Shown here in pieces: positions 25,568 to 38,204 of a stretch of 64,000 nucleotides of DNA; positions within the stretch are counted from its first letter, which is position 1; each line of letters begins with the position of its first letter. Location of the stretch: positions 27,156,001 through 27,220,000 of the forward strand of contig JBHGNT010000001.1 of assembly GCA_043228905.1 (NCBI GenBank). The letters run 5' to 3'. Made by a program: the position numbers and the translations under genes. This DNA comes from Azolla caroliniana (lineage: Eukaryota > Plantae > Polypodiophyta). Below the pieces are notes generated by a model. It did not search any database. It was not told where the DNA came from and saw only the letters and a list, made by a program, of their open reading frames with translations.

Positions 25568-28500
25568 ATGATACTTAAGGACAAGACCCTACCCTGTCAC
25601 TCTCCTGTAGAAGTGGGTCCTAACTCCTAACTTGTAAGTAGTTGTCTATTGCACCTTAAAAGGTAAGGTAAACTAGTAAGTTTATAAAATTCAACTATTA
25701 TATGTTTGCCTTTCTAAAATTCTTAAACCCATATAATGCCTCCTACTTCACATGAATTAAGAGAATCAATTACATAGGTATACCGTACGAAGACAAAGGC
25801 TACCATTAATTTTCTCGTCTAAAACGAACTTAGACTCATGTAGGAAATATCTAGTGGATTATTTTCAATAAATGTATCTCTCATACGCTCATTATCATGA
25901 ATATGGTCACGTGGTCACTGTTCTTGCATGTCCATACATTAACATATAGTATTGTGAATGAATAACATTTTGTAATTTGCTAGCTTTTTTCTAAACCATT
26001 TCAATCGTTATGAACACACTTATTTTTTTGTGACTACATAATTTGCAAGTCACTGAGATTACCAATTATCCTGTGCATAATTGCTACATTGTCTTCCGTC
26101 AAATTGGGTTTGTTGCAAAGTATTTTGACGTACAACCACAACCCAATAGTTAAAGCGAGGTCTTAGTTCTATTTATGCCTAATATAGATCATTGTTAAGC
26201 CAAAACCTAACTATGGTACTGGTGGCCATATGCACATACCACTATGGGCACACAATGTGACGAGTCACGACCATATGAAACATGTTAATGGCATGTACCA
26301 TACATAAGTGTCAAGTAAGCACATAGTTCAACATGCATGGTTATTTAGTAAAAAACATAAAATGCCTTCCATATGTTTTACATGAACTTAGACATTCTAG
26401 GAATAATAATTACATGGTAGGAAGTGACCATATGTTATTTTTATAACCACAAAAGATAACAATGTGGAACACGGGAAGTAAGTCTTGCTAACTTGTAACT
26501 TGTAATAATAAAAAAACGATTCTATTGTGCGTAAGAGATACTAGATTGCTTCAACCACTCAAATCAAGAAATTTAGGGTTAAAAGAGATATAAACTTGCA
26601 TAGTACATCATGTGTGGACAGAGAAATAGCATGTTGATGAGAAAGAAATAGATTATAAAGTGAAATAGATAGATATGAAGATGGAGAGTCAAAAGACGAG
26701 TTGGATTTAAGTTGCGACACAATTCTATTTTCGTTGCAAACATTTGCTATGAAAATCTACATTTCTTTTTGGATATCAGTTCCTTGCCGTTCAAAACAAA
26801 TGCATCATGAGAACTCAAACGGATATTGAGTGTGCGTGCCTATAGCCACATCCTTTACCTTTAGAGATAACATGATCTTCACTTTTAGAGATAAGAGGTG
26901 TTTGCTTGTGTACAACGATGTAACTTCCTTTGAGTGTGAACACAAACACACAGACACTCATAATCAATGACAAAGGTCTTATGAGGTCCCATTGGATGGA
27001 AGCATACACATATGGTTATGATAAAGATAGAGGGGACTTTATTGTTCGTGATATGATAAACGTGACAACCCTTCATACATTATAAAACCTTCTCTGGATA
27101 TAAGGTTGTAGACACATTACATTTTATATTTGTAGTATTTGAAATCCCAACAATGTTTTTGATTTTCCTAACTTTCCAAGTAAGGCATGCCTTCTAACCT
27201 TTGGACTCTTACTTTGGAGCTCCACGGTATCCTCAACAATTATAACATAAAGTTTTATATGGATACCAACATTGGTCATGCTCGGTATGTAAAACACAAA
27301 TGAGAAGGCAAGTGTGTGTATAAAAAATGTATATAGAAGTGCTAATGGAAGTAGGCCATGAAACAAACTAACATCGAGGTAAATACTGAAGAATGAAGTT
27401 TTATTCAGGAGCAAGTTGTGAACTCAATCATCAACAAAACATCAATGTACATATATATATATATACATATAAATATGTTGAATGTCCAATTGGTATAAGA
27501 AATGTTTATTAGCTTTAATAAATTACAACACATTCAACGATTCCTTGAATAGACATTTATGAATAAACCAAATTATAGAATCTTTTTTTTTTTTGAACTT
27601 GAATGAAACATCATATTTTATGGTAAAAGAGAAGAAGACGAAGAAGATGTGTGTGTAGCAGTGTATAAAGTCAAATGTATTTAATCACATCTTCATCGAG
27701 TGCAAAGGGTATATAGTATGCAATTTTTGTTACCACTAAGTTTGAAGATAATAGTTGTCGCAATACATGACATTTATGATCACACACTAGTTTCAATGGG
27801 TCAGGTCAACATGTAAAAAAGCAGAATGTCCAAGCGACACTTCCTTGGCTTTAGAAAGACACATCTCGAAAGTGAATGTAAAGGAAAGGCATCAAAAGCG
27901 TATGGAATTTAAGACCAATGAAAACCAACCCCATCATTTCAAACTCTCGAAACTTCACATGAAAAATTAGCTCTAAAGTCTTATGATTAATCTCACTAGT
28001 TCTTAGGGCATTACTTTAGGCACATGATATTCGATATGCCATTTCACGTGCAACTAAAACTGTACAGTTTCATTAAACATTCGAAAAAATGAATGAGTAC
28101 GTAATGGGACAAGCTTTTTATCACCACATAAACTAGTTTTTTTTATTTGTATTACAAGAAAGCATGTTCTCCTGGAAGAGTTTGGTCGTTTCCATGACAA
28201 TACATGCAAGCATGTTTCAACATAAGTTTTATATGTTCAAATGATATAATTTGTTAGGTTCCTTGTGAGGACAAAATTAGCATTCAATCGTCACAATATG
28301 AAAAAGTTTTGATTATTTATTTGGTTATACCAAATATTCTCTTTTGCATTGTTTGGCAAACACAAAATAGAGATTTGTATGGGGACATTTGATTATGTGG
28401 GCCTTGAGTTAACATAAACTATTACGCACATCTCCTAAAACCCTTGCAAATTTTGATATGGTTCAAACGACACAAAAGCATAGAGTTGTATTTTTTTAAG

Positions 28501-30197
28501 GTGTATTCTCCTTCTTAAGAATCCATAGTGAAATTCGATACAATTCAAGCAATCTAAAGGTGACGGTGCATTTAAACTAGAATTTGAGTTGGATTTCAAT
28601 CTCTGTCACATACACTTGATCAAGTTTATTTGTGTAAGCATTAGTTTTAATATTGGGTTTCACTTTTCCCATGTTTCTTAAATTGTTTCATCTCATATTA
28701 GCTAGATAGAGGTGAGTATGTACAATGTTTAAAACCTATTGTGGCCTAAGTGTCTACTCCTCTCCAAGGGCTCCTAGCCCCAAGATACAATTATATTGGT
28801 TATCGGTGTATATATTTACGTATGCACTTTGGGGCATGATCTTAAACACGAACCAACCAAAAAATGGATGGAAAATTGGCTACTTGTTCTTGACATGTAT
28901 TACTTGGGTGAAGATATTATGTGGCATTTATAGCTAAATCACATAATATTACTGTTTGTCTTTGTTATTATGCATGTATGAGAACTCCTAGGAATTCCAA
29001 TGAATGGGGAATGAATTCACATATCCATTCTTGAAAGAAAGGCCATTGGCTATTGAGCTTTCACCCAAAAACAATCTCACACATTGAAGCAGGTTGGCAG
29101 CGATCGAGAGTAAAGACCAAGGCGACTCAAAGGGCACGAGAGGCCACGTTGGGTATGGGCATCGCACAACTGTGGGTTTCAGAGGGAGGAGGTGACCTAA
29201 TACCTTGATCAGAGGCCACGATGGTTTGTCACATCACAATGATAACGCGGGTGGGTCGACGATCAGCACGAGTCAGGAAATGGTGTTTGTGGTAACATCT
29301 CTAGGAGTAGTTACTGTGGGGTTGGTTGAGCATGTAGCAGGGCAGAAGAAGAGCAAGGAATCGGGCAGTCGGAAGGGCCATCCCGCCCCCCCCCCCCCCC
29401 CCCCTTGCTTGTATGCTCCTCGGGAACCCCCAGGATTTGTTTGTTTTCCCATATCATTCATTATCTCAAGGAGACAACAATACATGTATGTACTAACTCT
29501 CCCCTAATTTAAAACTAGGATTTTGGAGGAAACATTTAGCCAAACTCTTCCAACTATAGAGAAGAAAAGAGAGAAGAGAGAAGAGAGAGAGGAGAGGAGA
29601 GGAGATTGCGTGTACTTCAATCAGTCAATCCAATAGTCCTTTTTCTGCTTTTTTGTTTTTTGTTTTTGTTTTGTTTTCTCTTTTTGCTTTTTACTCCACT
29701 CTCTCTCTATCTCTAGAGACAGACACACTCTCGTTCTCTGCCTCACACGAGCCAATTTGGCCATAAAAACAGAAACAAAACAGAGCTCTCCATAGCTCTC
29801 TCTCTCTCTCTCTCTCTTTTTCTCTCTACTCTGTTTCCTTTCATCACTATCATCTTCATCAAAACAGAACAAAAAAAACAAAACAAGAGCCTTCCATATC
29901 CAGGCATATCCATTCCAGTCTCTGTGTTTTCTCACCACTGCCATAGCCCTACTTCTCCTCCTCCTCTTCCATTCTTCATACAAACCTAAGAATGCAAAAG
30001 TACACAGAGCTTTCCATAGCTCTCTCTCTCTCTCCTCTGTTTTTTTCTCTCATATAGCCTCAAAGAACAGATCAAGATAAACACACAGCTTTCCATAGCC
30101 CATTTCTTCGTCTGTTCCTCTTTTTCAACCAACATCTTCTTCTTCTTCTTCTCCTGTCTACATTCTTCATTCTCTAACTGCATTTTCCTCTTATCAG

Positions 30198-33100
30198 ATG
30201 ATAATGCATTCTCTGACAAGAAGGTTATTAACCTCCCCTGTTCTTCTTCTTCTTCTATACTTCCATATGTTAATATGGACCACTACTGCAACCCTAACCA
30301 CGCCGATTAGTACTAATCCGGACATATCCTCTCTGCTAAGCTTCAGAAATAACCTAAAAGACCCCTCCAACTCTCTCCTGAATTGGTCCATATCGGACCC
30401 TTCTTCTCCTTGCTCATGGACAGGTGTGAGCTGTGATGAACAGAACAGAGTCATCTCCCTCTCTCTTCCTTCTCTGTCGCTACAAGGAAACCTCTCTTTG
30501 GACCATCTCTGCGATTTGAAGTATTTGCAACACCTTGACCTTCATGACAACCTCCTCTATGGCTCTCTTCCACCGCAGATGGCTTCCTCCTTACCAAACC
30601 TGCAGGCACTCGATCTTAGCCTTAACCTCATCTCTGGCCCAATCCCACCTTCAAGCTTTAATGGAAAGCTTCAGAAATCTCTCTCTTCCATCTCATTGAG
30701 TGGCAATTCTCTCTCCGGACCTCTCCCCACTGAATTGTGGGAAATTAGCAGCCTAATAGTCATGGATTTCTCTAGTAATAAGCTCTCTGGAGACCTTTCT
30801 CCGGAGGTAGGGAATCTCACAAGCTTAGAATACCTCGATCTCAACAACAATCAGTTCACAGGGCCAGTTCCAAGTGAGTTAGGGAACCTAAAGTCTCTCA
30901 CTGACCTCTCACTGGGACAAAACTCATTCAGTGGTTCTTTGCCCAGAGAGATAGGGGGGCTAACTAACTTAACTAACTTGTACATGGCCTCATGTCAGCT
31001 GACAGGGCAATTGCCAGCTGAGATCGGAGGATTGCGCTCATTGGTGAAGATCGATTTCACACACAACTACCTCTCGGGGCCCATCCCGGGATCGATCGGC
31101 CAGTTAAAGAACCTCGCATCATTGATAATGCCCTACAATCTCTTCAACGGCTCGGTACCGGCAGACCTCGGACAATGTGATGGCTTACGGATCGTGGAGC
31201 TCTCATTCAACAAGCTGACCGGAAAGCTACCCGATGAACTCTCCCGGTTGCGTTTCGTTGCCTCGCTGTCTCTGGAAGGTAACCAACTCAGTGGACCCAT
31301 CCCTGGCTGGTTAGGGGGCTGGCAGCTCCTCAGCTCTCTGTTGCTGGCGACCAATCATTTTGAAGGGAATATCCCGACTGAGTTAGGTAATTGCTCATCT
31401 CTAGTTACCTTGAGCTTAAATGGTAACCACCTCTCAGGTCCGTTGCCGACTCAGCTTTGCAATGCACCTCTCCTCTCACAACTGTTTCTCAACCGGAACT
31501 TCTTCAATGGAACCATCGATACCACGTTCCAGAATTGCTCTTCTTTAACCGATATTGAACTAAATGGGAATCAACTAACCGGATGGTTACCTGGGTATCT
31601 CTCCAAGTTAGAGATGTTAGTTGCCCTGAGCATTGATGGGAACAACTTCTCGGGCCCAATTCCTGATGAGATATGGGAATCTAAATCTCTAATGGAGATC
31701 TCGGCCCGGAGTAATCTCCTGACAGGGTCATTATCAGGTAATGTTGGCAAGCTATCTATCTTAAGCCAACTATGTTTAGATAATAACCATCTAGAAGGGG
31801 TGCTTCCTGTGGAGCTAGGGTTGCTAGAGAATCTCACAACTCTCACTTTAAGTTCGAACCACTTCAATGGGAGAATACCGCCTGAGCTCGGAAACTGCTC
31901 TCAGCTTGCTACACTCGACTTAGGTAACAATATGTTGTCGGGAGAAATACCAGGCATATTCGGGAAACTCCCCGTGCTTGATTGTCTGGTCTTGTCACAT
32001 AATCAACTCTCAGGAAGAATACCTGAGAAAGTTTGCTCCGTTTCAAAGGAATTCAATATGCCCGATTCCATGTTCACTCAGCATTTTGGTGTCTTGGATT
32101 TGTCTTTCAACCGATTGACCGGACCAATTCCTAATCGCATCGGGAATTGCTCGGTTCTAGTCAATCTTTTGCTTCAAGGGAATCAGTTAAGTGGGCCAAT
32201 TCCAGAAGAGTTATCTCTGCTATATAACTTGACAACTCTCGACCTTTCTGAGAATGCATTGACCGGATCGATCCCCCCTTCATTTGGCAAGTTGGGCAGA
32301 TTGCAAGGTCTAAACATGGCCTTCAACCTATTACAAGGAACTATTCCCTTGGAACTCGGTGAAGTGACTAGCTTAGTTAAGCTCAATGTCACACATAATG
32401 AGCTCTCAGGTTCTCTTCCTGTCACACTAGGGAGGCTCACTGGGTTAACACACTTAGATGTGAGCTACAACAAGTTAGAGGGTGAAATCCCAGCTGAGTA
32501 TTCGAAGATGGTCTCGATTGTGGGGTTCTATTTAGGCTCAAATAAGTTAAGAGGTGGGATTTCAGATCTTCTTACAGAGAGCATCGTATGGCATCAAGTT
32601 CAAGCTTTAGATCTAAGCGGGAACATGTTCGATGACACGATTCCAAAGAGTTTAGGGAACCTCTCTAGCCTTTCTTACCTTGATCTACACAGGAATAGGT
32701 TTTCGGGACCGATCCCGGCCGAGCTTGGAGAGCTATCTCAGTTGGCTTATCTCGATTTGTCAGAGAATCATCTATCAGGTGAAATCTCGCTGAATCTGTG
32801 TGATCTGGATGTGTTAACCTTTCTCAATTTCTCGGGGAACAAGCTAGAAGGAGAGGTGCCAGAGGAAGGAATTTGTGCTAAGTTATCTGAGGATTCTTTC
32901 CTCATGAACAAAGCTCTATGTGGCTCTATGCTTCCATCACATTGTTCATCATCATCGCCATCATCATCGCCATCATTTGGACATAGAAACCGCGTTCTAC
33001 TAAGCCCAGGGGCTGTTTTAGCTATCACTGCGGGCGTTCTTGTAGCTTGCTTTTGCATCATTGCAGCCTTTTTAAGAAGGAAAATGCCCATTCAAGACAA

Positions 33101-34118
33101 TCTCTGCGAAGACATAGAGCAGAGAAAACTGAATCATCAGATAACCTCACTTAACGATTCTCATGAGATTTTCTTCAATGAGAAGATGAGAGAGCCATTG
33201 AGCATTAACGTGGCTACTTTTGAGAGGCCATTGTTAAGGCTCACTCTTGCTGACCTTTTAAAAGCTACTAACAATTTTTGCAAGGCTAATATCATTGGAG
33301 ATGGTGGCTTCGGCACTGTGTATAAAGCCGTGTTATCGGATGGAAAAGTGGTTGCTGTGAAGAAGCTAAGCCAATCCCGAACACAGGGGCATAGAGAATT
33401 CTTAGCTGAAATGGAAACCTTAGGCAAGGTGAAGCATCGGAACCTCGTTCCTTTGTTGGGTTATTGCTCATTTGGTGAAGAAAAGCTTCTAGTTTATGAA
33501 TACATGGTGAATGGGAGCTTAGAGCTATGGCTCCGGAACAGGGCCGACGCACTCGAGTCCTTGAATTGGGAGAAGAGGTTCAAAATAGCAGAGGGTTCAG
33601 CCCGAGGTTTAGCATTTTTACACCACAGCCTTATCCCACACATCATACATAGAGATATGAAGACAAGCAACATACTTCTTGATGAGAATTTTGAGCCAAG
33701 GGTAGCAGATTTTGGTCTTGCAAGGCTTATTAGTGCTTGTGAGACACATGTGAGCACTGGCATAGCAGGTACATTCGGGTATATACCGCCTGAATATGGA
33801 CAAAGTTGGAGGTGTAGCACTAAAGGAGACGTGTATAGTTATGGTGTTATATTGATGGAGCTTTTAACTGGAAGAGAAGCAACTGGTGTTGAGTTCAAAG
33901 ATGTGGAAGGCGGTAACTTGGTAGGGTGGGTTAGAAATATGGTGAAACAGGGACAAGCTTCAGAAGCCTTAGATGCTGTTATCTCTGATGGATCATGGAA
34001 GCATACAATGGTGAAACTATTGTTACTTGCTTGTTTGTGCACTGCCGAAGATCCTTCGAAGCGTCCGACAATGCAAATGGTCGTCAAATCGATGAAGGAA
34101 ATGGATAGCTCAGTTTAA
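30198..34118 (+). CDS. EMS1: LRR receptor-like kinase EMS1/EXS (LRR-X family), intronless, 1306 aa
   Basis: Signal peptide, LRRNT cap (LLNW...PCSWTGVSC), many plant LxxLxLxxNxLxGxIP repeats, and an island segment [16 protein letters not shown] matching EMS1-type MPDxxFxQHxGxxDLS. TM at [21 protein letters not shown]. Juxtamembrane [22 protein letters not shown], then an RD kinase ([35 protein letters not shown]). Confidence 0.95.
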   Translation: MIMHSLTRRLLTSPVLLLLLYFHMLIWTTTATLTTPISTNPDISSLLSFRNNLKDPSNSLLNWSISDPSSPCSWTGVSCDEQNRVISLSLPSLSLQGNLSLDHLCDLKYLQHLDLHDNLLYGSLPPQMASSLPNLQALDLSLNLISGPIPPSSFNGKLQKSLSSISLSGNSLSGPLPTELWEISSLIVMDFSSNKLSGDLSPEVGNLTSLEYLDLNNNQFTGPVPSELGNLKSLTDLSLGQNSFSGSLPREIGGLTNLTNLYMASCQLTGQLPAEIGGLRSLVKIDFTHNYLSGPIPGSIGQLKNLASLIMPYNLFNGSVPADLGQCDGLRIVELSFNKLTGKLPDELSRLRFVASLSLEGNQLSGPIPGWLGGWQLLSSLLLATNHFEGNIPTELGNCSSLVTLSLNGNHLSGPLPTQLCNAPLLSQLFLNRNFFNGTIDTTFQNCSSLTDIELNGNQLTGWLPGYLSKLEMLVALSIDGNNFSGPIPDEIWESKSLMEISARSNLLTGSLSGNVGKLSILSQLCLDNNHLEGVLPVELGLLENLTTLTLSSNHFNGRIPPELGNCSQLATLDLGNNMLSGEIPGIFGKLPVLDCLVLSHNQLSGRIPEKVCSVSKEFNMPDSMFTQHFGVLDLSFNRLTGPIPNRIGNCSVLVNLLLQGNQLSGPIPEELSLLYNLTTLDLSENALTGSIPPSFGKLGRLQGLNMAFNLLQGTIPLELGEVTSLVKLNVTHNELSGSLPVTLGRLTGLTHLDVSYNKLEGEIPAEYSKMVSIVGFYLGSNKLRGGISDLLTESIVWHQVQALDLSGNMFDDTIPKSLGNLSSLSYLDLHRNRFSGPIPAELGELSQLAYLDLSENHLSGEISLNLCDLDVLTFLNFSGNKLEGEVPEEGICAKLSEDSFLMNKALCGSMLPSHCSSSSPSSSPSFGHRNRVLLSPGAVLAITAGVLVACFCIIAAFLRRKMPIQDNLCEDIEQRKLNHQITSLNDSHEIFFNEKMREPLSINVATFERPLLRLTLADLLKATNNFCKANIIGDGGFGTVYKAVLSDGKVVAVKKLSQSRTQGHREFLAEMETLGKVKHRNLVPLLGYCSFGEEKLLVYEYMVNGSLELWLRNRADALESLNWEKRFKIAEGSARGLAFLHHSLIPHIIHRDMKTSNILLDENFEPRVADFGLARLISACETHVSTGIAGTFGYIPPEYGQSWRCSTKGDVYSYGVILMELLTGREATGVEFKDVEGGNLVGWVRNMVKQGQASEALDAVISDGSWKHTMVKLLLLACLCTAEDPSKRPTMQMVVKSMKEMDSSV

Positions 34119-35567
34119 TTGAAAGATAAAGATAGCAATTTCTTTTGTATCACCAAATTTGAATGTCTTGCTTCTTGTGTGTTGGTGCTCCTAGTTTGAT
34201 GTATTGTAAAGGGCATGCACTCATGGTTGTACAAAACAGTGTTTATGCCAACATGATCTTTGCCTATCTATCATTGTGTGGTAGTAACTATCATCTAATC
34301 ACCATCCTAAGTGACCATAGATTATCATAAGGAATGTGCCTCTGAATTCTCATTTATAGTAATGATATTATTGATCCAAGTTGTCTGATCATCACTTGAT
34401 TGTCCCTCCCTCGTTTGTTAGATGTCATTTTGTACAAATATCAATAGAAAGGGTCATTTTGTTTTGATCTCTGTATTTAATGTTATCCTAACATGTTTGA
34501 TAACACTTCTTAATTCGGTCACTAAATGATTGGTTTGAAAGATGACAAATAAACACTATTTGGATGCCAGATTTGTCTCTTCAAAATTCTTTCAAAAATA
34601 AGTCATTGGGAAGGGTATAGAAGATATTTTTTTTTTTTTATCATGGTATTTTGTACTAAACAATGTTTTCTTTGAAACCATACTTTTCTTTTATAGTACA
34701 TCTTTTCCTTATTACTTAGATTCTATTTGGATATCGACAAACAATTTATGATTTATGCTTTGCTGATTTCATCCGTACTTGCTGTCCCAACTGATTTCCA
34801 ATTGTTGATGTGCACAAATCTAGAGGATTAACAACGGGACCTTCTCTTTTGCTCATACAAGTTTTTCAACCGTCTTCACTTATCATGATATACATAATAA
34901 CCTTGGGAAGGATAGTTATGCTGATGGGGGAGAAGAGTGCATTTGCACTGTCGTAACAGTGGATGTTTTGCAGAGTTTAGCCACTGTGTATAGCAAGAAT
35001 CATGGCTTGTGCATAAAACACAATGAACATGAAAGAAACATGTACATAATTCATTTATGTTACAATATACATAAATTATTAGAGCATGTAGCAATCTTGT
35101 AAATTCGAATCATGTGCTAAACATCTAGGCTATTGCAGTTTTCTTATCCACATGATTGTTAATAACCTTCACATGGCAATGCACAGCAAAATGCCCCCGA
35201 AGAGTATGGCTCTTCATGCCCTTTTGGAATAATTATGGATGTTGTAAATCTCCTCTATATACAAAGACCCTTTTACCGGTATGTAAAGTCTAGAGATGGC
35301 CATAATGATTGCTATTACTCCCTTGTTTAAACACATCCTGTAGGTTAACTTGATGTCATTATAAGCCCCCACACCTGCTCTCAAAACGTTATTTGCAAAC
35401 AAATAATGCAAGAGCCATGTTCACCAAGATTGCTAAAGAAATTTCAAACCTTCTGCATGACCAGACAACATAAGACATCATGCTGCTATTCTTCTTAGTT
35501 CATTTTGCTTCCTTTCCTCTTCTAATGTGTTCTGTGAGAATGGATGATTGCCCTGAACTTTGTGTTT

Positions 35568-38204
35568 TTATGCTCCAAATTTCATCATCAGTTTTTCAAC
35601 TCTGGTTTCTTCCCATCGCATGCCAGCTGCAGCATATATATTACTCATGCAAAGATACGCGGTGACACATTCTGCATCCAGCTCTATTGATTTCTCAAAG
35701 GCATACTGCCCAAGTGCCACATTTACCCATTTTTGACAAGAACCTAACAGAGTTATCCATAGTGGAAGACGGTCTGAGCATTCAACTTTCTCAATCAGAA
35801 TCACAGCCTTGCCAAAGTGTCCGGCACGACTAAATAGATCAACCATACATGTGTAGTGATCATGAGTTGGTGTGAGAGAATATATAATGTTCATTGCAGT
35901 GAAGAACACTTGACCCTCATCAACAAGACCAGTATGGCTGCATGCAGTGAGCAATGCAATGAATGTGACCAAAGTCGGTACTATACCTTCTGTTATCATC
36001 TGGTCGAATATGGAAAAAACCCCTTTTACCTGACCAAGCTGGGAATATCCAGCAATCAATGCACTCCAAGCAACAACATCCCGTACATGAAGCTCATTGA
36101 ACACTCTTTGTGCTTTTTCTATTGCGCCAAATTTAGCATACATATCTACTAATGCACTACCAACCATGATATCTCTTTCTAGAAAACCTTGCTTGCCCAT
36201 CTCTACATGTACATCTTCTCCCTTCTCCATTGACCCCATACTGCTGCATGCTTTTAGGATACAAACAAAAGTGACCCCATCTGGTGATATACTCTCCTCC
36301 TTCATCTTAGCAAAGCACTTTAGCGACTCGGCATCCAGTCCATGCTTGACATACCCAGAAATCAGTGCATTCCATGAGAAAATATCCCTTACCGGAAGAT
36401 CATCAAACACTTCGCGTGCTTTTGCAAGTGAACCACATTTGGCATGCATGTCAACTAATGCATTACAGATCATTATATGTTTTCCTAACAAACCATGTTT
36501 CCTAACCTCAGCATGTATTTCTTCTGCCTTCTCAGAAGAGCCTAAGCTCCCGCAGGCTTTCATGATAGAAACAAAGGTGACTGCATCTGGTGTGAGGCCT
36601 TCTTCATGCATCCTTTTAAAGCAACCAAACACCTCATAATTCAGACCATGTTTGGCATAACCAGAAATCAATGCATTCCATGAGATAACATCTCGAACCA
36701 AAAGTGTATTAAATGTATTTTCTGCCTTTGCAAGTGCACCACATTTTACATACATATCCACCACTGCATTGCCAAGCACAATGTTCTTTTCTAGTAAACC
36801 TTTCCTGTCAATATCAGCATGTATTTCTTCTCCCTTATCAAGAGCTGATATGCTACTACAAGCTTTCAAGATGCAAGTAAATGTAACACCATCTGGAGAA
36901 ATGCCTTCTTGTTGCATCTTGCTGAAGCAATTCAAAGCTTCATCTGCGAGGCCATATTGCACATACCCACCAATCAATATGTTCCAAGAAATGGTATCTC
37001 GTATTGCAAGCTCATCAAACACTTCTTTTGCCTTTTGAATCAGACCACATTTGAAGTACATGTCCACCAATGCATTGCCAAGTACAGTATTCTTCTTCAC
37101 TAACCCTAGCTTCCTAATCTCAGCATGTATTTCTTCGGCCTTTGCAACTGATCCTAGGCTACCACAAGCTTTCAAGATACAAGTAAAGGTGGTTGCATCT
37201 GGAGAAAAACCTTTATCTTTCATTTCTTTGAAGCAACTTAACGCCTCAACACCCAGGCCTTGTTGGGCATATCCATCAATCAATGTCGTCCACATGACGA
37301 CATCTTGTACTGGAAGTTCATCAAATACTTCTCGTGCTTTTGTTGTCATATTGCATTTTGAGTACATGTCTACCAATGCACTGCCAAGCATGATATTTTC
37401 TTTTAATAACCCTTGTTTGCTAATCTTAGCATATAGCTCTTCGCCCTTTCTTGATGCTCCTGTACTACCACAAGCCTTCAAGATACAAGTATAAGTGATA
37501 GCGTCTGGGGAAAGGCCTTCCTCTTGCATCATCTTAAAGTATCTCAGAGCTTCATTACCAAGCCCGTGTTGTGAATAACCAGCTATCAAGGCATTCCAAG
37601 AAATAATATTTTTTTCTGGAAGTTCATCGAACACTTCTAGTGCTTTGAGAATCATGCCACATTTCACATACATGTCCATCAATGCTGTACCAATCACGAC
37701 ATTACTCTCCAACGACCTTTCCTTGTAGAGCTCCGCATGTATCTCTTTTCCCTTCTTGATCAATCCCATGCTTCCACAAGACTTCAATATGCAAGTAAAG
37801 GTGAATGCATCTGGAAATATACATTGCTCTTGCATTTGTTTGAAACAATTTAGAGCTTCATCCACAAGTCTATACTTAGCATACCCAGTGATCAATACAT
37901 TCCAAGAGACTACAGTTCGTATTGTCAGCTCATCAAAGACATTTTGAGCTTTTGCAAAGGCATTACACTTTATATACATGCCCATTAGAGAATTGGTGAT
38001 GAATATATCTTTGTGATAAAGCTTTTTTTTGAGAATATCAGAATGTATCTCTACACCCTTTCGTAGATCTTTCCTTTGCCCACAAACCTTTATGGATTCC
38101 AAAATTGAAGCATGATCCTTCTCTTGCACACAAAATTTTTTGGTCTCCATACAATCATCAATCATCTTCATTTGTCCAGCATTTTTCATACATAAATTCT
38201 CCAT
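35568..38204 (-). CDS. PLS-class pentatricopeptide repeat protein, E subgroup (no DYW); probable organellar RNA-editing specificity factor
   Basis: 878-aa ORF with regular L-S-P triplets (S: ALVDMYxKCG; P: SWNALIxGY; L: TFTCILKAC), then P2-L2-S2 (ACSHTGLVDEG, HYTCMVDLFSRAG) and E1/E2 (WITLLGSCQ, AYLCMSNIYAAAG). The true N-terminus is uncertain. Confidence 0.95.
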   Translation of the reverse strand: MENLCMKNAGQMKMIDDCMETKKFCVQEKDHASILESIKVCGQRKDLRKGVEIHSDILKKKLYHKDIFITNSLMGMYIKCNAFAKAQNVFDELTIRTVVSWNVLITGYAKYRLVDEALNCFKQMQEQCIFPDAFTFTCILKSCGSMGLIKKGKEIHAELYKERSLESNVVIGTALMDMYVKCGMILKALEVFDELPEKNIISWNALIAGYSQHGLGNEALRYFKMMQEEGLSPDAITYTCILKACGSTGASRKGEELYAKISKQGLLKENIMLGSALVDMYSKCNMTTKAREVFDELPVQDVVMWTTLIDGYAQQGLGVEALSCFKEMKDKGFSPDATTFTCILKACGSLGSVAKAEEIHAEIRKLGLVKKNTVLGNALVDMYFKCGLIQKAKEVFDELAIRDTISWNILIGGYVQYGLADEALNCFSKMQQEGISPDGVTFTCILKACSSISALDKGEEIHADIDRKGLLEKNIVLGNAVVDMYVKCGALAKAENTFNTLLVRDVISWNALISGYAKHGLNYEVFGCFKRMHEEGLTPDAVTFVSIMKACGSLGSSEKAEEIHAEVRKHGLLGKHIMICNALVDMHAKCGSLAKAREVFDDLPVRDIFSWNALISGYVKHGLDAESLKCFAKMKEESISPDGVTFVCILKACSSMGSMEKGEDVHVEMGKQGFLERDIMVGSALVDMYAKFGAIEKAQRVFNELHVRDVVAWSALIAGYSQLGQVKGVFSIFDQMITEGIVPTLVTFIALLTACSHTGLVDEGQVFFTAMNIIYSLTPTHDHYTCMVDLFSRAGHFGKAVILIEKVECSDRLPLWITLLGSCQKWVNVALGQYAFEKSIELDAECVTAYLCMSNIYAAAGMRWEETRVEKLMMKFGA

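Noticed and set aside
31133-34087. Antisense ORFs within EMS1 (and likewise within the PPR, PRELI, coiled-coil and trihelix genes)
   Set aside because: Shadow ORFs expected from the codon and repeat structure of the sense genes.
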